From: Felis catus
Lineage: Eukaryota
DNA length: 64,000 bases
Reading direction: 5' to 3'
Assembly (NCBI RefSeq): GCF_018350175.1
Contig: NC_058368.1
Location: forward strand, 91,390,001 to 91,454,000
The notes under the pieces were generated by a model that searched no databases, was not told the DNA's origin, and worked only from the letters and a program-made list of their open reading frames with translations. The stretch's first letter is position 1, and each line of letters opens with the position of its first letter. Made by a program: the position numbers and the translations under genes. Positions 51,360 to 64,000 of the stretch are shown here, one piece after another.

Positions 51360-52912
51360 TCCTGCTGATTTTAGACACACAGAAGCATAGGGGATTTTTC
51401 TTGTTGGGGTTGGAGGACTGGGTCCCTTTAACATGGACATTGGTCTGTGCTCAGGTTTGGTACCAGGACTTAGACTGATTTCACTTTATTTCACAATTTT
51501 ATGCAAAGATTGTGTTTACTTGTCTTCAGATGGTTTGAGTCATGATTTCCAGCCAAGGCAAAGAACTGGAAAATCTGATGGAAAATCCAGATGTAACTAC
51601 AGAAAGATGAGGATCCTGAATAGAAGATGGAATTTAAAACCCTTCTGAGCCCCTGTGTTCACCACATGGGGAGCCAGGCCCAGGACATGAATGAGCTGGT
51701 CCCATGGGGCCCCTTGGTCTATACCGTGTTCTGAGAAGTGAGGATTGCTCTCAGACATTCCCCAAAGGCAGACACCCCCACCATGGAGAGCTGGTCTGCA
51801 CTGCACACAGGTGACCATGTCATTAATTGGTCACCTGGATCCCATTAGCCCTGAACCAGGATCAAGCCAAAAGGAAAAATTTAAGAGGAGGGATAAAGAG
51901 GCTGACACATTATTTTAGAAGTCATCACAGATAATGTGCACTTCATGACCTCTATGTCAGAACTGCAATGGGACACATGTCAAGAATGAGAGCTAGACCC
52001 AGACCTGGACCAAGAGACAGAAGAGGAAGTTAGTGGTACAGCTCCTTTGAGAGGCACAAAGTGGACAAGGAGACCATGATGGGGGTCAAAGATCCTTGGT
52101 CTGCATGGAGGATTATCAGCTCACCCAAAACAAGTTCCCTGGGCCTGCTGGCTGGGAAGGTCTCAGAAGAGAGAATCAGGAAGAGTGGCCCCCATTGACC
52201 CTCCAGTGGCTGGGCAGCCAAGCCTCCTCATGCCACCTATGTCCTTAGCATGGTCATCCTGCCTGCTGTCCCCACTGCAGGTCTGTTCCAAGGACATACC
52301 CTTGAGACAGTGAGAGGTATGGAGATGATCAGGATGGTATGCATGCCTGACCCCAGTTAAGGCCTCTGTGTAAGCCTTTAAGATTTGGTGGTCCTGTGCA
52401 GGAAGTCTACTCATCTTGGGACCACCTGAGACAGGCTACTCATCTCTGTTCCATTGCATATTAAACCTGCCCCCCCACCATCTGGAGTCACCTGCTCATT
52501 CTTCAGTCTCTCCCTACCCTCCCACACATGGGCTCATTTCAGATTATACACAGCAAGCTCCTGGCCAGGTTCTACCAACAGAAGAAAGATTCTGGAACCA
52601 GAGGAAAGAGGCAGCTAGGAGATTTCTCTGGCATGATGAACACTTAGCATCATGGTACCCAGACAGGAAAGATGACGGGGCTGTGGACAGTGATACAGAG
52701 TGTGGATTAAAGCAGATGCTGCAGGGCACAAGGAGGGGCCCTTAGTTCACTGGGACTTTGATGCCCTGAGGGAAATACAGCCAGTAGAGGACCAGAGCTT
52801 TGCCCAGGGCTGCAGGCCATTTTGCACCAAGATGCCTGGGGGATAGAGAACCGCAAGAAGCACAGACAAGGCTGAGCTGGTCACCTGGAGAACAGGACTA
52901 AAGAAGAGGGTA

Positions 52913-53107
52913 GGGGCACTTGGGTGACTCAGTTGAGCATCCAACTTAGGCTCATGTCATGACCTCACGGTTCGTGGGTTCAAGCCCCACATCAGGGTCA
53001 GGGCTGACAGCTTAGAGCCTGGAGCCTGCTTCGGATTCTGTGTCTCCCTCTCTCTCCCATTGTCCCTGGCTTGTGCTTGGTCTCCTGCTCTTCCAAAAAG
53101 ACACATT
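52913..53107 (+). mobile_element. Can-SINE
   Basis: ggggcacttgggtgactcagttgagc...gagcctggagcctgcttcggattctgtgtctccc; decayed tail. Confidence 0.92.
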
Positions 53108-56100
53108 AAGAAAGATTTGTATATGAAGATGATGGAAGCTGATACAGTTGGAGCCACAAATGTAAGATGTACATGTCTGGTTTTAAGTTCAAACTCTTTT
53201 ACACGAGGATACATTCCCGCTGCTTTCTCCACAATTCCCAGAAGGCTGCTAGGGGGGTGATCGGTGAATGTGCCCAAAAGGTTTTTGTTTTTAATAACTT
53301 AGCTTCATTCATGTGTGTTAGCCTTCCTATAAACCATTGCCCTTGAAGGACTTTTCCCTGGACTTGTTCAGAGTAGACATGGCCCATCAAAGTGGCCAGG
53401 CCCTAGACAAGGATTCAGGGATCAAGTGGGTGAAGCCTTCAAGAGCTGTGAAGCTGCCTCCCAGCTCCAATACTGGACCACTACCCACCTTCCATTTGTG
53501 GAGTGATGTGGGTAACCCCAGATGTCATCTATGTGGAACATCCTCAGGTCCCACAGGAAGGCCTGATCCCTGAGCCCTACATGGTCATGACCATGCCTTT
53601 TCCTGCCTCTCTCCCAATAGCTCCCAAATCCCAGCAGACGTTTCATCTTCCCTGACTACAATTCAGATCCTGGACTTAAATTTCATTGGGATCCAGGGTC
53701 TAATTTAGACATAGGAGAGATTCTAAGACTCCCTGCCTTTTCTAAAACCAATGAAGAATTGAAGTAGAACTGGATCACCTCAAGGCCCAGCCTATAGCTG
53801 GGGCTAGAGAGGGTGCTAAAATACAGGGAGGGCAGGAGACAAGGAGGCAGTTCTGTATCCTGTGGACCTGGCACCCATCACCCTGTGACTCTCTCTCCAT
53901 CATATGCTCCTGCACAGAGGATCCTTTACCACTACCAGGAACCTCCACTACCTTGAATCTGATTAAGGACTTACCATTGGAAAAGGGACCTAAGAAAAAA
54001 AATCACAGTCATGTAGTCTCTAATACTCCTCATCCCCTAACCCAGTAGCAGAAAATACAATTTGAAATACAGTAAGAGGATTTCTCTTCCTACCTGGATC
54101 CTGGGGCAGGGGGAGGGGGAGCCTAGAGTAGACACAGGCTAAGGGACAACATGGAATCAGGCACTTGGCTGACTCAGAATCTATCATCTTTCTCACATTT
54201 GTCTGCACTTAAGTCCTGCTCCCCAAAGGAAACTTTCTGAAGAGATCCAAATATCTAAGGTGATCTGTTGGTTAGCTACAGCCAGAAAAGTGCTCCATGT
54301 ACCTGGGTTAACATGGGAGCTCAGACCTAGGCTCAGTGGTCCTTTGCCCATGAGTCAAGCTCCAGGCAAGCTGGGCCCACTGGGCTGGAACAGATGCCCC
54401 TGGGCTCCTGGTACCCAGACATACCCTCTGAGGCTCTCCTGCAAAGGTTGTACAGAGGCAGCATCCCCAGGCACCCCTAATGATCCAGGCACTGCATCCC
54501 TGAGGTTGCTCCATGTAACATGGGGTCATTCTGAGTGGGCTCTCCTGATGCAGACACCCACCCATCTGCTGCTCTCTTTTTCCCTCATCTGCCACAGGAC
54601 CCCAGGGACAATTCTGTACCATATGACATGAAGCATGCAGGCTTCTGTACCTTATGACATCATAAAGGATGCAGCCTACTGCAGGCTGGCCACAGTCCTG
54701 TGTTCCCCTGATGACCAAGATCAGGGGCACTGCTCATCCCACCTTTCTCCAGAACAAAAGGAGGGTGGGTAAGATAACCCAGAATGATGTAACTGGCCAA
54801 GAAGCACTCACTGGGGTTAGGCAGATGCCAAATGGGATCTGCAATTGAGACCATATGGACAGACTGGTACCCTACTTCCCCACTCAGGTGGCACTTCCTG
54901 AACAAGAAGTACTGCAGGATCTTCTAGAAGGGGCACTGCCCCAAGAAGGTGATGAAGCCCACAGGACATTTTCATCAAAACAGCCACACACATCTCAATG
55001 GGGTCACCCATGCTAGGCCAATCCTGGGTGAGATTTCTATCCATCAGAGAAAAGTAGGACATCTCTTGGTCAAAGAAGTGTCTATAAAGGAGCTTTGAGG
55101 ACACTTCCAAACTGTATCCTTCTGAAGACCAGTCTATAGATGTAGAACGTTCAATCCTCAGTGTGAAAGGTTTCATTGAAAGAAGTTTTAACATGTGACT
55201 GGAAACTTCCTTCTTCTCTTGGGTTCACAGTACATCATCTCCCAGTTTTCCTGGGAAAGACCATCTCAGGTACAGGTGTGAAACGACTGGCAGAGAACAA
55301 AGGCCTCAATCCTAGAGACAATCAAGAAGGACAGTAGCCGAGTAGGGCTTGACTCCATCTACAGGCAGCACTGGAAATCCACCAGGAAACATCCTTGAGA
55401 TCCAGAGACAGCTCTCAGCAGAGGGGAAGGGAGGCTGATGGCTCTATACTCTGGGACCTCAGGCTCAGCCTCACAAGCAGCCTCCCTGGGGAAAGTGTAG
55501 AGGAACCTGGAAATTTCCCCCAGGGCTACTGGGGGCTGATGAGCAGACACTGGGTGACTTGGGCTTGCAGATGTAGCAAGTGGTCCCAGAACCTGAGGAA
55601 GGCAAGAGGCAAGTGAACTCTCTCTCACCCATGTTCAAGGTCCAACCTCAGAAATCCCAGTACCTCCCAGAGCTCTGTCACACCAGGAAGGCCAGCAGCA
55701 GTCTATTCTGTGAACACTGCCTGACAGAAGGTTGGACAGGACACACCTGAGGGTCAAGTGGAAAACAAGGTCATGAGAGTCTATTGCCTGCCATATATTC
55801 ATGTGGGATTCCAACTTTGGAACCAGCTGCCATTGCCAAGACCATAAAGCCAGTGGGGTGGGTCACATTTATGAACTGCAGGCCTGGTGGATGCAGAGGC
55901 TGCTCTGGCTGAGGGCAGTCTGACCTTGACTGCTACATAGCTCAGGACCCTAAACTTTCAACATGACCAGGGCCCCTGGGAGGCTCAAGTGGCCCAGCAG
56001 AGATGTGTGGTGAGGACCTCCAAGACCCAGCTAGGCACCCAGGGCCTGAGTCTCCCTTTGTCACCTTCAAGCCCATCTCTTCAACTTTACCCAAGAGAAA

Positions 56101-56786
56101 GTCTCAGCTCACCTAGGGAGCAGGACCCAAATTCCTCTCCCTCTGAACCAGATCTGAAGGATTTGACATTCTCTGGAACATTGATCCAGACTCCACTGGG
56201 GAGACAAGGTATTAGTATGGTCCACCATACCCATGAATCCTTCTTTCACCAAAGCCAAAGTCATGAATAAACTTTGAAATGGAAACAAATAACCTTGAAC
56301 TTTCCCCCTGTAGCCAGGATAGGAGGCAAGAGACAGGGAAGCTAAGAAACAGGGAGGGGGCTCAGCTTCCTGAGGCCTTGAGATTGAGATAGCAGGGGGA
56401 GAAGTGTGGCCATTCATTCTAAGTGCTCACAGGCTCATTGACCTTCAAGGAACAACTTGTATATCAGAGAGAACAGCCTTTCGATCCTGCCTTCAGCATT
56501 TTGTAGGAGCACAGCCTTGACCTTTCATTTAGAAGTTCTGGGGCCTCAGCCTCCTAGAACACTGAGCTGCTGCTTCAATCAAGTATTTTTGTATTATGTA
56601 AACATCCATGCACGTATGCCGAGGTCACCAAGGTCTTATATCCGTTTCTCTACATGCCTCTCAAGAAGCGTCAATGAAATTTCCTCCTGATAGAAATCCC
56701 AGCTTACTCTGGTCTTTCTCTTCAAAACAATCATTACACAAGACACTTCACTTTCATGTCATTAACTTCAGTCAAAACCATTAGGA

Positions 56787-56788
56787 GT

Positions 56789-56838
<50 letters not shown>

Positions 56839-57834
56839 TGTCTCAGAATTGATTTTGGGCTTCGAGTCTGGTTGTGAGGTGCCCCCACTCCCATTGTCCC
56901 CTGCCCTCCAATGTGGCACGTGCAGAGGAGTCTGAGACATCCTTTGCCAAAGTCCCAGAATGGAGACTGAAGGGTACCTAGAGACACAAATAGAAGTCCA
57001 GAATGAAAATAAGGTCACCATCAGATGAGATGATGGCGGAGGAGTTAGAAATTGTGCTAATATCTCCCCAAGTCCAGGTTCCCCAAAAGCCTTCCAGCAG
57101 AGTCTTGATGAAGACTCTACCAAAGACCTTGAGACCATTCCACAGAGGAATCCGCCCAACGCTGCAGCTTCCAGGCAGAAGTTCAGGAAATTCTGCTCTG
57201 AGGACACAGCTGGGCCCAGGGAGGTCCTCAGACATCTCTAGGAGTTTGCTAGACAGTGGCTGAGACCTGATATTCACACAAAGGAGATGTGGAGATACTG
57301 GTACAAGAGCAGTTCCAGGCCATCCTGCCTAGGATCTCAGCACAGGCCCAGAGAGGTCAGCCTGGAGTCAGAATCACTAGCTAAGGCCTGTCACTGGGTT
57401 CTTGCTCAACCTACATGTGAGAAGTCACCAAAGGTTCTCTTTGTTGGTCCAAGAGCCAACTGCACTCATGGGGAAATATGAACCTAGGTTTTTTTGAGCT
57501 TGCCTTTGACTAGTTGTAATAAGAACCCATCAAAACCCATGTCTGGGTCTCTCTCTGGCTGAGGCAGATCTCATTCCTGGGACTGAGCTCTAGCTAGAAA
57601 GTTTCTCCACTCTGTTAGGACAGTCAGCCCATTGCTTGATTTTGCTCTGTTGAATGCCTCTATTTCTGCACTTTCTGACATGCTTTAATAAGTTATGTAT
57701 CCAAAAAGGTAAATTGCTTCAACTTTCAGAATTCTTGATTCTTGCTGTGGTGGCATGAATGGAAGCTTCTGTAACCCCATCCAGGAAACTAACATTTCAA
57801 GGATCTCTCAAATGAAAGTTTGGTCTTAAAAAAT
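56787..57834. other. Unit-specific ~1-kb insertion with an LTR-like 3' part (unclassified)
   Basis: Paralogous units are contiguous across this point (~13470 and ~32160). attagga occurs on both sides. The segment ~57500-57796 ends ...aattcttgattcttg...aactaaca, like an LTR U5. Confidence 0.45.
56790..56836. repeat. (TG)n microsatellite
   Basis: Seen directly. Confidence 0.95.
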
Positions 57835-60800
57835 TAGGATTCAGCCCTTAGACAGATATTGTCTTCCTGCTCAGAAGATGAACTTTGCAGAATGGAGTTG
57901 GCCTCAAGGCCACTAAAGGATGCTTGTGAGCGACCATGGATCCAAAAATGAACATTCCAAGGAACCAGATCCTTGGTCTCGGGTGTCAAAACCCAGGCAG
58001 AGGAACTCCGCTAGGACCATTGCTGGACAATGCACGCATAGATTAGAGATAGGGGTGGCTATAGGCACCTAAGCGGGGTTTTTGGTGCAGTCAACCTGTC
58101 TCAGAGCCCCCCACTCCCCTGGGGCAGGTCTGGGGAAGTAGACACTGGTGCCTGAACATAGTTAGACCAGGCTCTGTGCTCATCCTGGGGGGCCTCTCAA
58201 AGACCCTCCTTCAGGGCACAGGAGGCAGCTACTACAGAACCAGAACCTGGGGGCCCTTCTCTTGGTACTGGGAGTGATTAAGAAGGCTGCCAGGTGGATA
58301 CCCCCACCCACCTACCCATCCATTCAGAGGCCTCAAGAGACAACTTCCTGCCCTCAGATTTCATGAAGCATCTGTTGGTCAGGAGTGAACATGATGTTGG
58401 TCTGACCCAGGCTCACACCTGGATGACCCAGCAGTCAGGGCCACTTGGTCCTCACCTTTTACCTGCAGACTTGAGGGAGAGACCAGCCATCACCAGGGGG
58501 CACAGGGGACACCAAAGGTCTCGAGGGTCTACAGTGGGAGAGAGAAGACTCCTTGTAGCGGTTCAGGATGGGGCTCCCCTCAGCACAGACTTGGTCCTGA
58601 TGTCTGGGTCTCCTGTCCACAGCCCCACCCCTCACCTACACTCAAGCCTCTGCCCAAGCACTTGGATTTAAGTGACCGGCAAATCCCTCAGTTCCTCTCT
58701 GCTCCAATTTCTTTTCCCGACAGTCTTACAATATAATGTTCCTCCTGTCATCCAGGAATACATAGTGACTCCCTCTCCAAATGCCTCCAAGTCATGACCG
58801 TGGCACTTCAGCCAATGTCCTGGGCTCCCCCAGGCACCCACAGTTCTGACCCATGAAGACCCTCCTCTAGGAAAACCTACCATGTTCATTCAAATCTGGT
58901 ACTTTGTAGGATATGGACGCAGTGACCCTTGTATTCAAGTATTCAGCCAAGAACTTAAGTTTATACAGGAAGTATTTAACTGAAGTTCTTATATTTTTGC
59001 TAAAAATATTGTACACTAAGAAGTAAAACCATTTCTCTCACAGTGAGGATTTGCCATAAGCTTTAAGGCTGAACAATGGCATTTTCTCACATGATCAAGA
59101 CAGCCCTACAAACCTTTAAAAAGTCACTTCGTCAAATGCAGAGTCCGTCTCAGGAAGAATTCCAGGTCTGGCCCTCGTCTTCTTCCCTGAGCTGCTCTGA
59201 TATTTATAAAGCTCTCGAGTCTCCCAGGAGAAGAAAAAAGGAAAGTAAAGAACCCAGACTAGTGGACCCTCCTGGGGCTGAGCTGCTGCACTCAGAGCAC
59301 ATACTAGAACCACCCAGGACCTTCAGAACTGCTACTACTTGGGTCCCGCCTGGATCATCACATCAGAATCCCTGAAGAAGGGACCTCATTAGCACTGGGA
59401 AACCCTCTTCAGGTAGTTCTAATCTATAGTCTCAGTGTGACTCACTAAAATCCCAGCCCCTGCAGCATAGTGAGGTGGGGAAGTCAAGGAGGCTCCCGCT
59501 CTCATACGGCTCATGACAGGATACTTGCTATTCCTTGACAGGAGGAAATCTCCACCCAGGCTGCATGCTGAAATCACCCAGACACTTCAAAAATGTCAGT
59601 TCCTGGACCTCACCTTCAGGTACTGAATTCTCCAACACTGGGACTGACCTTTGAAAAGAGGAATCCACTGTCGCCTCAGGACTGGGAAGGAGTCTGCAGG
59701 TGAATTCACTCACACACATGATCCCTGCTCTGACTGACCTCAGACAGCGAGTGGGAAAGGGGACTTGACCAAGGACTTACACTGAAATTGACTAAGTGTT
59801 GGCTGAGGTCAAGGACAGACTAAGGGACAGTACTTATGATGAGTGCACTCTGGAAAGCCTTTATGCACAAGACAACAGACACCTCGGTCAGGGGTAGGAG
59901 GCCAGCTTGATGAAAAGCCCTGGAGAGGGACATGCAACTAACAGAAGGAGCACAGCTCCCAAGACCTAAGGATGCTTGATATTCTCAGCATGGTGCAGTA
60001 TGGATGTTTGAGGTTCTCAGTGTGGCTGAAACAGATGATTGAGGAAATTCAGCTTGATCAAGTGGACAGATGTGAAAAAGAAATTCCTGTCCTGAATAGC
60101 CTAAGAAAGAGGCTTGGTCTGCATACCAGGGACAGGGAGAGAAAGATCCCTATCAGAATGCTGTGGCTGTTGACCTTGAGTGACATTCCATGCCTGGACT
60201 TTTTACTTCTAGTGTGAAAACAGATCTAGTTCACACCCTGTATGAGTGATAGTGATTTCTCTTAAGTTGAAGCTGTGAGTGAGCTATGAAGGGAATTCAG
60301 GAATTGTTCCCTATGAGAAGATGGTGTGGGCCCCCCCATGTGACTTACAAGAACATCCTAAGATCCCTGATGGGATCCCTATACCCTCAGATGTCCATGG
60401 TATCTCCACACCCATTTCCTGTCTCCTCTTCAGCAGATTCCACCCCAGAGACAGTGAGCTATTGCTTAGGACTGAACTTTAAGATAATTTGAACATCAAA
60501 GCCTACTGCACCTGACACAAGGGATACCATGGCCACTTCTGGTCTCTATATCCAATGGCATGAAAATCTGTGTGAATGAATAAAAGGACATCTATTTCTG
60601 TCTTGTGCTTGGGACTCAGAACACAGACCTCAGAGCATGGAGAAAACTCAGCTTCCTGGGCCTTGGGACCCATCATTCTTCTCCCTCTCCTCCATTGCCC
60701 TACCTGCATGGAGACTCCTTCCCCATCATGGTGGCTTCAAGTCCTAGAGGAGGGAGTAAGAATCCTGACGTTAGCCTTTCCTGAGGGATCAGATGGCTAT

Positions 60801-61659
60801 TCTTTCAGGTTCCTGGGCGTCACTCTCTCCATTTAATGTACAGCTTCCGTCTCTCACTTCAGAACTACATAGTGTAGTTTATAAGTTTTAAAATAACATG
60901 TTTATTTGTACCTTATCTTTTAGACCTTTTTCTCCACATTTCCTTGAAAAAGTTCACTGGATGATTCCATCTCTTGAGTAGACTCAAAGTATTAATTATG
61001 TCAGGTAAACATCCATCTATATACATCCACCTTATTTCACCTTCCTAACAATGCCTAAAGTAAGACCAAACACTAGATTGGGGTATTCGAAAAAAATATC
61101 TTTCCCATGGATAATATAGGCTTGGTGAGAACTCAGTTGCCTTATGGGTCATAGAAGGCACCCATCATCTCATCGCTGGGGCAGAAATGAACATTTGAGC
61201 CCAGAGCTGGGGTTAGTTGACAACTTCTGACCTGCATGTTAAATCCCATGCTGGGGGTCACATTAGGATCTGTTGCCCTGCGCAGTTTACTACACGTCAG
61301 TTAATGACAGCCATGGGTACAGGAACGTCTGACCAGAATTGGAAAAACCACAACCCTAATCAGAGACCTCCCTCCACCCAGGGACAAGCTCCTGTGTACA
61401 GTTACCCATATAAAGAGGGTTAATTTAACACCAAGGACAAGACACACAGGGTTGACAGTGAAGATGCTACTGCTGGTGCCCATGAGAAGAATCTTTAATG
61501 TCAGAACTATTTCAGTTCTAGAGTGAAGAACCATCAGCTAATTTAAGAGTTCTACACAGACTGGGGTTTCTGTACTTCCCACTTGCATGGAACCCCTCAG
61601 CAAGGAAAAAATTCTGAGATCAGGGGTGTGTATTTGTGAAACTGCCCCAACCTTTGACA

Positions 61660-62800
61660 ATGTGACTCCAGAAACCCCAGCTTCTCTAGACCACAGCACA
61701 TCTTCTCCCAGGATTCCACACACAACCCAGCTCAGGTGCAAGTGTGGGATGATGGCACAAGAGAACAAAGGCTCCCAAACCTGGATGAACCAACTAGGAC
61801 AGTGGCCTGGTTGGCCCTGACTCCATCCATAGGCAGCTCTTGGAATCCACCAGGACACAGCCCTCAGCTCAGCACACAGTCCCAGCTGAGAGAGAGGCTG
61901 AAAGTCACAGCTGCTTCCAAGGACCTCTGAACTCAACCCCACACAAGCAGCCTCGTGGAAAGTGAGGAGCAGCGTGGACACCCCCCCCCTACACCATGAC
62001 TGGTGGTTGAGGAGCTGACACTGGGAGACTTGGGCAAGTGGATCCAGAACCTCACGAACCCTGGAGGCAGGTGGAATCTCTCTGGTCCATCCTTCCCATT
62101 TGGCCATCAGAAATTCCACTACATCCCAGAAGGCCATCAGTCGACAAATGATCTACAAAACCTTCATTATTGGTAGTTCAACACCTCACTGAAAGGTTGA
62201 AAGGAAACTCATGTGAGTCTGCCATCTGTCACCTTTTCAGGCTAGGGATTCCAACATGGAACCAGCTGCCTTTGCCAGTTCCCAAAGCCAGGAGGATGGG
62301 TCACATTCATTGACTACAGTCCCTGGGTTACAGGGGTTGCTTTGGCTGAGGGCAGTCTGACCTGGACTCCTTATAGAATATGAACTTTAAACATGAGCAG
62401 GATGCCTGAGAGGCTCAAGCGTCCCAGGAAGTGATGTGTGATAAGGACTTCCAGAACCTGGCCAGGCACTCAGGGCCTGAGTCTTCCCCTGTCACCTTCA
62501 AGCCCATCTCAACTTCACCCAAGAGAAGATCCATCTTGCCACAGGATCTAGATAGATCCTTCATAAACTCTGAACCAGATCTGGAGATTTTAAGATCCTC
62601 TGAACATTGATCCCAACTCAATTTAGCACAGCCCCCTATACAAATGAACTCCTTCCCAAGGCCAAGGTCATAAATAAACCTTGAAATGGGAACAGACGAC
62701 TTTGATCTTTCTCCATGTAGTCAGGATTGGAGCAGAGAGACAGAGAAACCAAGAGCTGGGAGGGGCTCAACTTCCAGGGGCCTTGAGGCTGAGATAGCAG
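61660..62800 (+). pseudogene. Further 5'-deleted SPATA31-like large-exon fragment
   Basis: Homologous to 22655-23810; joined to the upstream module at ccccaacctttgacaatgtgactcc. Confidence 0.55.
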
Positions 62801-62890
62801 GGGGAGAATTGTGACCATTTATTCTTAGTACTCACAGGCCCATTGATCTTCAAGAAACAACTTCTACATAGAGAATAGCTTTTGGTTTTT

Positions 62891-64000
62891 GCAAGATGGC
62901 GGCTTAGGAGGACACTAGGCTCACCGCACGTCCTGCTGATCACTTAGATTCCACCTACACCTGCCTAAATAACCCAGAAAACCGCCAGAGGATTAGCAGA
63001 ACGGAGTCTCCGGAGCCAAACGCAGACGAGAGGCCCACGGAAGAGGGTAGGAAGGGCGGCGAGGCGGTGCGCGCTCCACGGACTGGCGGGAGGGAGCCGG
63101 GGCGGAGAGGCGGCTCCCCGGCCAAGCAGAGCCCCCGAGTCTGGCTTGCAGAAGCGGAGGGGCCTGACGGACTGTGTTCGGACAGCAAGCGCGACTTAGC
63201 GTCTGGGAGGTCATAAGTTAACAGCTCTGCTCGGAAAGCGGGAAGGCTGGAGGACAAAGGGAGGGAGAGCTGCTGAGCCCCCGGAAGACAGAGCTCAGTT
63301 TGGTGGGGAACAAAGGCGCTCGCCAGCGCCATCTCCCCCGCCCATCCCCCAGCCAAAATCCCAAAGAGAACCAGTTCCTGCCAGGGAACTCGCTCGCTCC
63401 GCGCAAACACCCAACTCTGTGCTTCTGCGGAGCCAAACCTCTGGCAGCGGATCTGACTCCCTCCCGCTGCCACAGGGCCCCTCCTGAAGTGGATCACCTA
63501 AGGAGAAGCTATCTAAGCCTGCCCCTCCTGCCCCTGTGCACCTTGCCTACCCACCCCAGCTAATACGCCAGATCCCCAGCATCACAAGCCTGGCAGTGTG
63601 CAAGTAGCCCAGACGGGCCACACCACCCCACAGTGAATCCCGCCCCTAGGAGAGGGGAAGAGAAGGCACACACCAGTCTGACTGTGGCCCCAGCGGTGGG
63701 CTGGGGGCAGACATCAGATCTGACTGCGGCCAGCCCACCAACTCCAGTTATACACCACAGCACAGGGGAAGTGCCCTGCAGGTCCTCACCACACCAGGGA
63801 CTATCCAAAATGACCAAGCAGGAGAATTCCCCTCAGAAGAATCTCCAGGAAATAACAGCTAATGAGCTGATCAAAAAGGATTTAAATAATATAACAGAAA
63901 GTGAATTTAGGATAATAGTCAAAATTAATCGCTGGGCTTGAAAACAGTATACAGGACAGCAGAGAATCTCTTGCTACAGAGATCAAGAGACTAAGGAACA
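62891..64000 (+). mobile_element. Young felid-type LINE-1 5' end (CpG-rich 5'UTR plus ORF1 start), runs off the window
   Basis: YY1-type caagatggcgg at 62892, CpG-rich UTR, ORF1 ATG at 63810 (MTKQENSPQKNLQEITANELIKKDLNNITESEFRIIV), apparent frameshift near 63920. Confidence 0.95.

Larger units (their letters stand above)
50763..56380 (+). pseudogene. SPATA31/FAM205-family-like pseudogene, copy 3 (large exon ~53372-56380 not interrupted by an L1)
   Basis: GIRHLADSESIIFLTFV at ~54153-54203 (cf. GLPSLHSESLVATAWV); SGPLPMSQAPGKLGP and CTEAASPGTPNDPGTASL..HSEWALLMQ in ORF 54260-54631 (cf. SPLLFQAQPxSHLGP and NTGVACPASQNKVQALSL..HPEWPLLRKQ); LSPEQKE at ~54744; FEDT at 55094. Motif order and spacing match the family as I recall it. 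Multiple stops and frameshifts. Confidence 0.68.
1..62890 (+). repeat. Diverged head-to-tail segmental tandem array (8-9 modular units)
   Basis: The anchor 'gtaagatactaa(c/t)acagtgccccttgtattcaagtattcagccaagaacttaa' recurs at ~101, 14553, 18850 (partial), 25289, 33248, 37108, 46670 and 58906. Units start at about 1, 14453, 18841, 25190, 33151, 37008, (42160), 46569 and 58809, with the same module order each time. Copies differ by many substitutions and indels. Confidence 0.95.

Noticed and set aside
61538..62137. 199-aa minus-strand ORF
   Set aside because: Antisense to the pseudo-exon, crosses a deletion junction, and is interrupted in all other copies.
1..62890. SNORD115/116 or SNORD113/114-type snoRNA cluster
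   Set aside because: I found no recurring ATGATGA...CTGA cassette with a terminal stem on either strand.
62955..63497. 180-aa minus-strand ORF in the L1 5'UTR
   Set aside because: Expected by chance in GC-rich L1 UTR sequence; no independent support.

Overview
Feliform (cat-like) carnivore genomic DNA, judged from SINEC_Fc-type tRNA-derived SINEs and carnivore L1s. I find no intact protein-coding gene. Almost the whole window (1-62,890) is an old, diverged, head-to-tail segmental tandem array of about 8-9 units, each about 4-14 kb including insertions. My manual translation suggests the array is built around a heavily decayed SPATA31/FAM205 (FAM75/DUF4599)-family gene on the + strand. This rests on collinear motifs compared with family sequences recalled from memory, not on a database search. 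Three 'type 1' units carry a near full-length pseudogene. Five 'type 2' copies carry only the 3' half of the large exon, and four of them share one deletion junction. The array shows near-identical gene-conversion-like tracts, one ~325-bp inverted copy that could fold back into dsRNA, and two hairpin-bounded micro-inversions. Insertions include a near full-length old L1 splitting the pseudo-exon, an atypical 3'-truncated L1 with a perfect TSD, a young L1 5' end, two solo LTRs with 6-bp TSDs (one carrying a CTCF motif, one just upstream of the putative ATG), eight SINEs, and MER5B-like relics copied with each unit.
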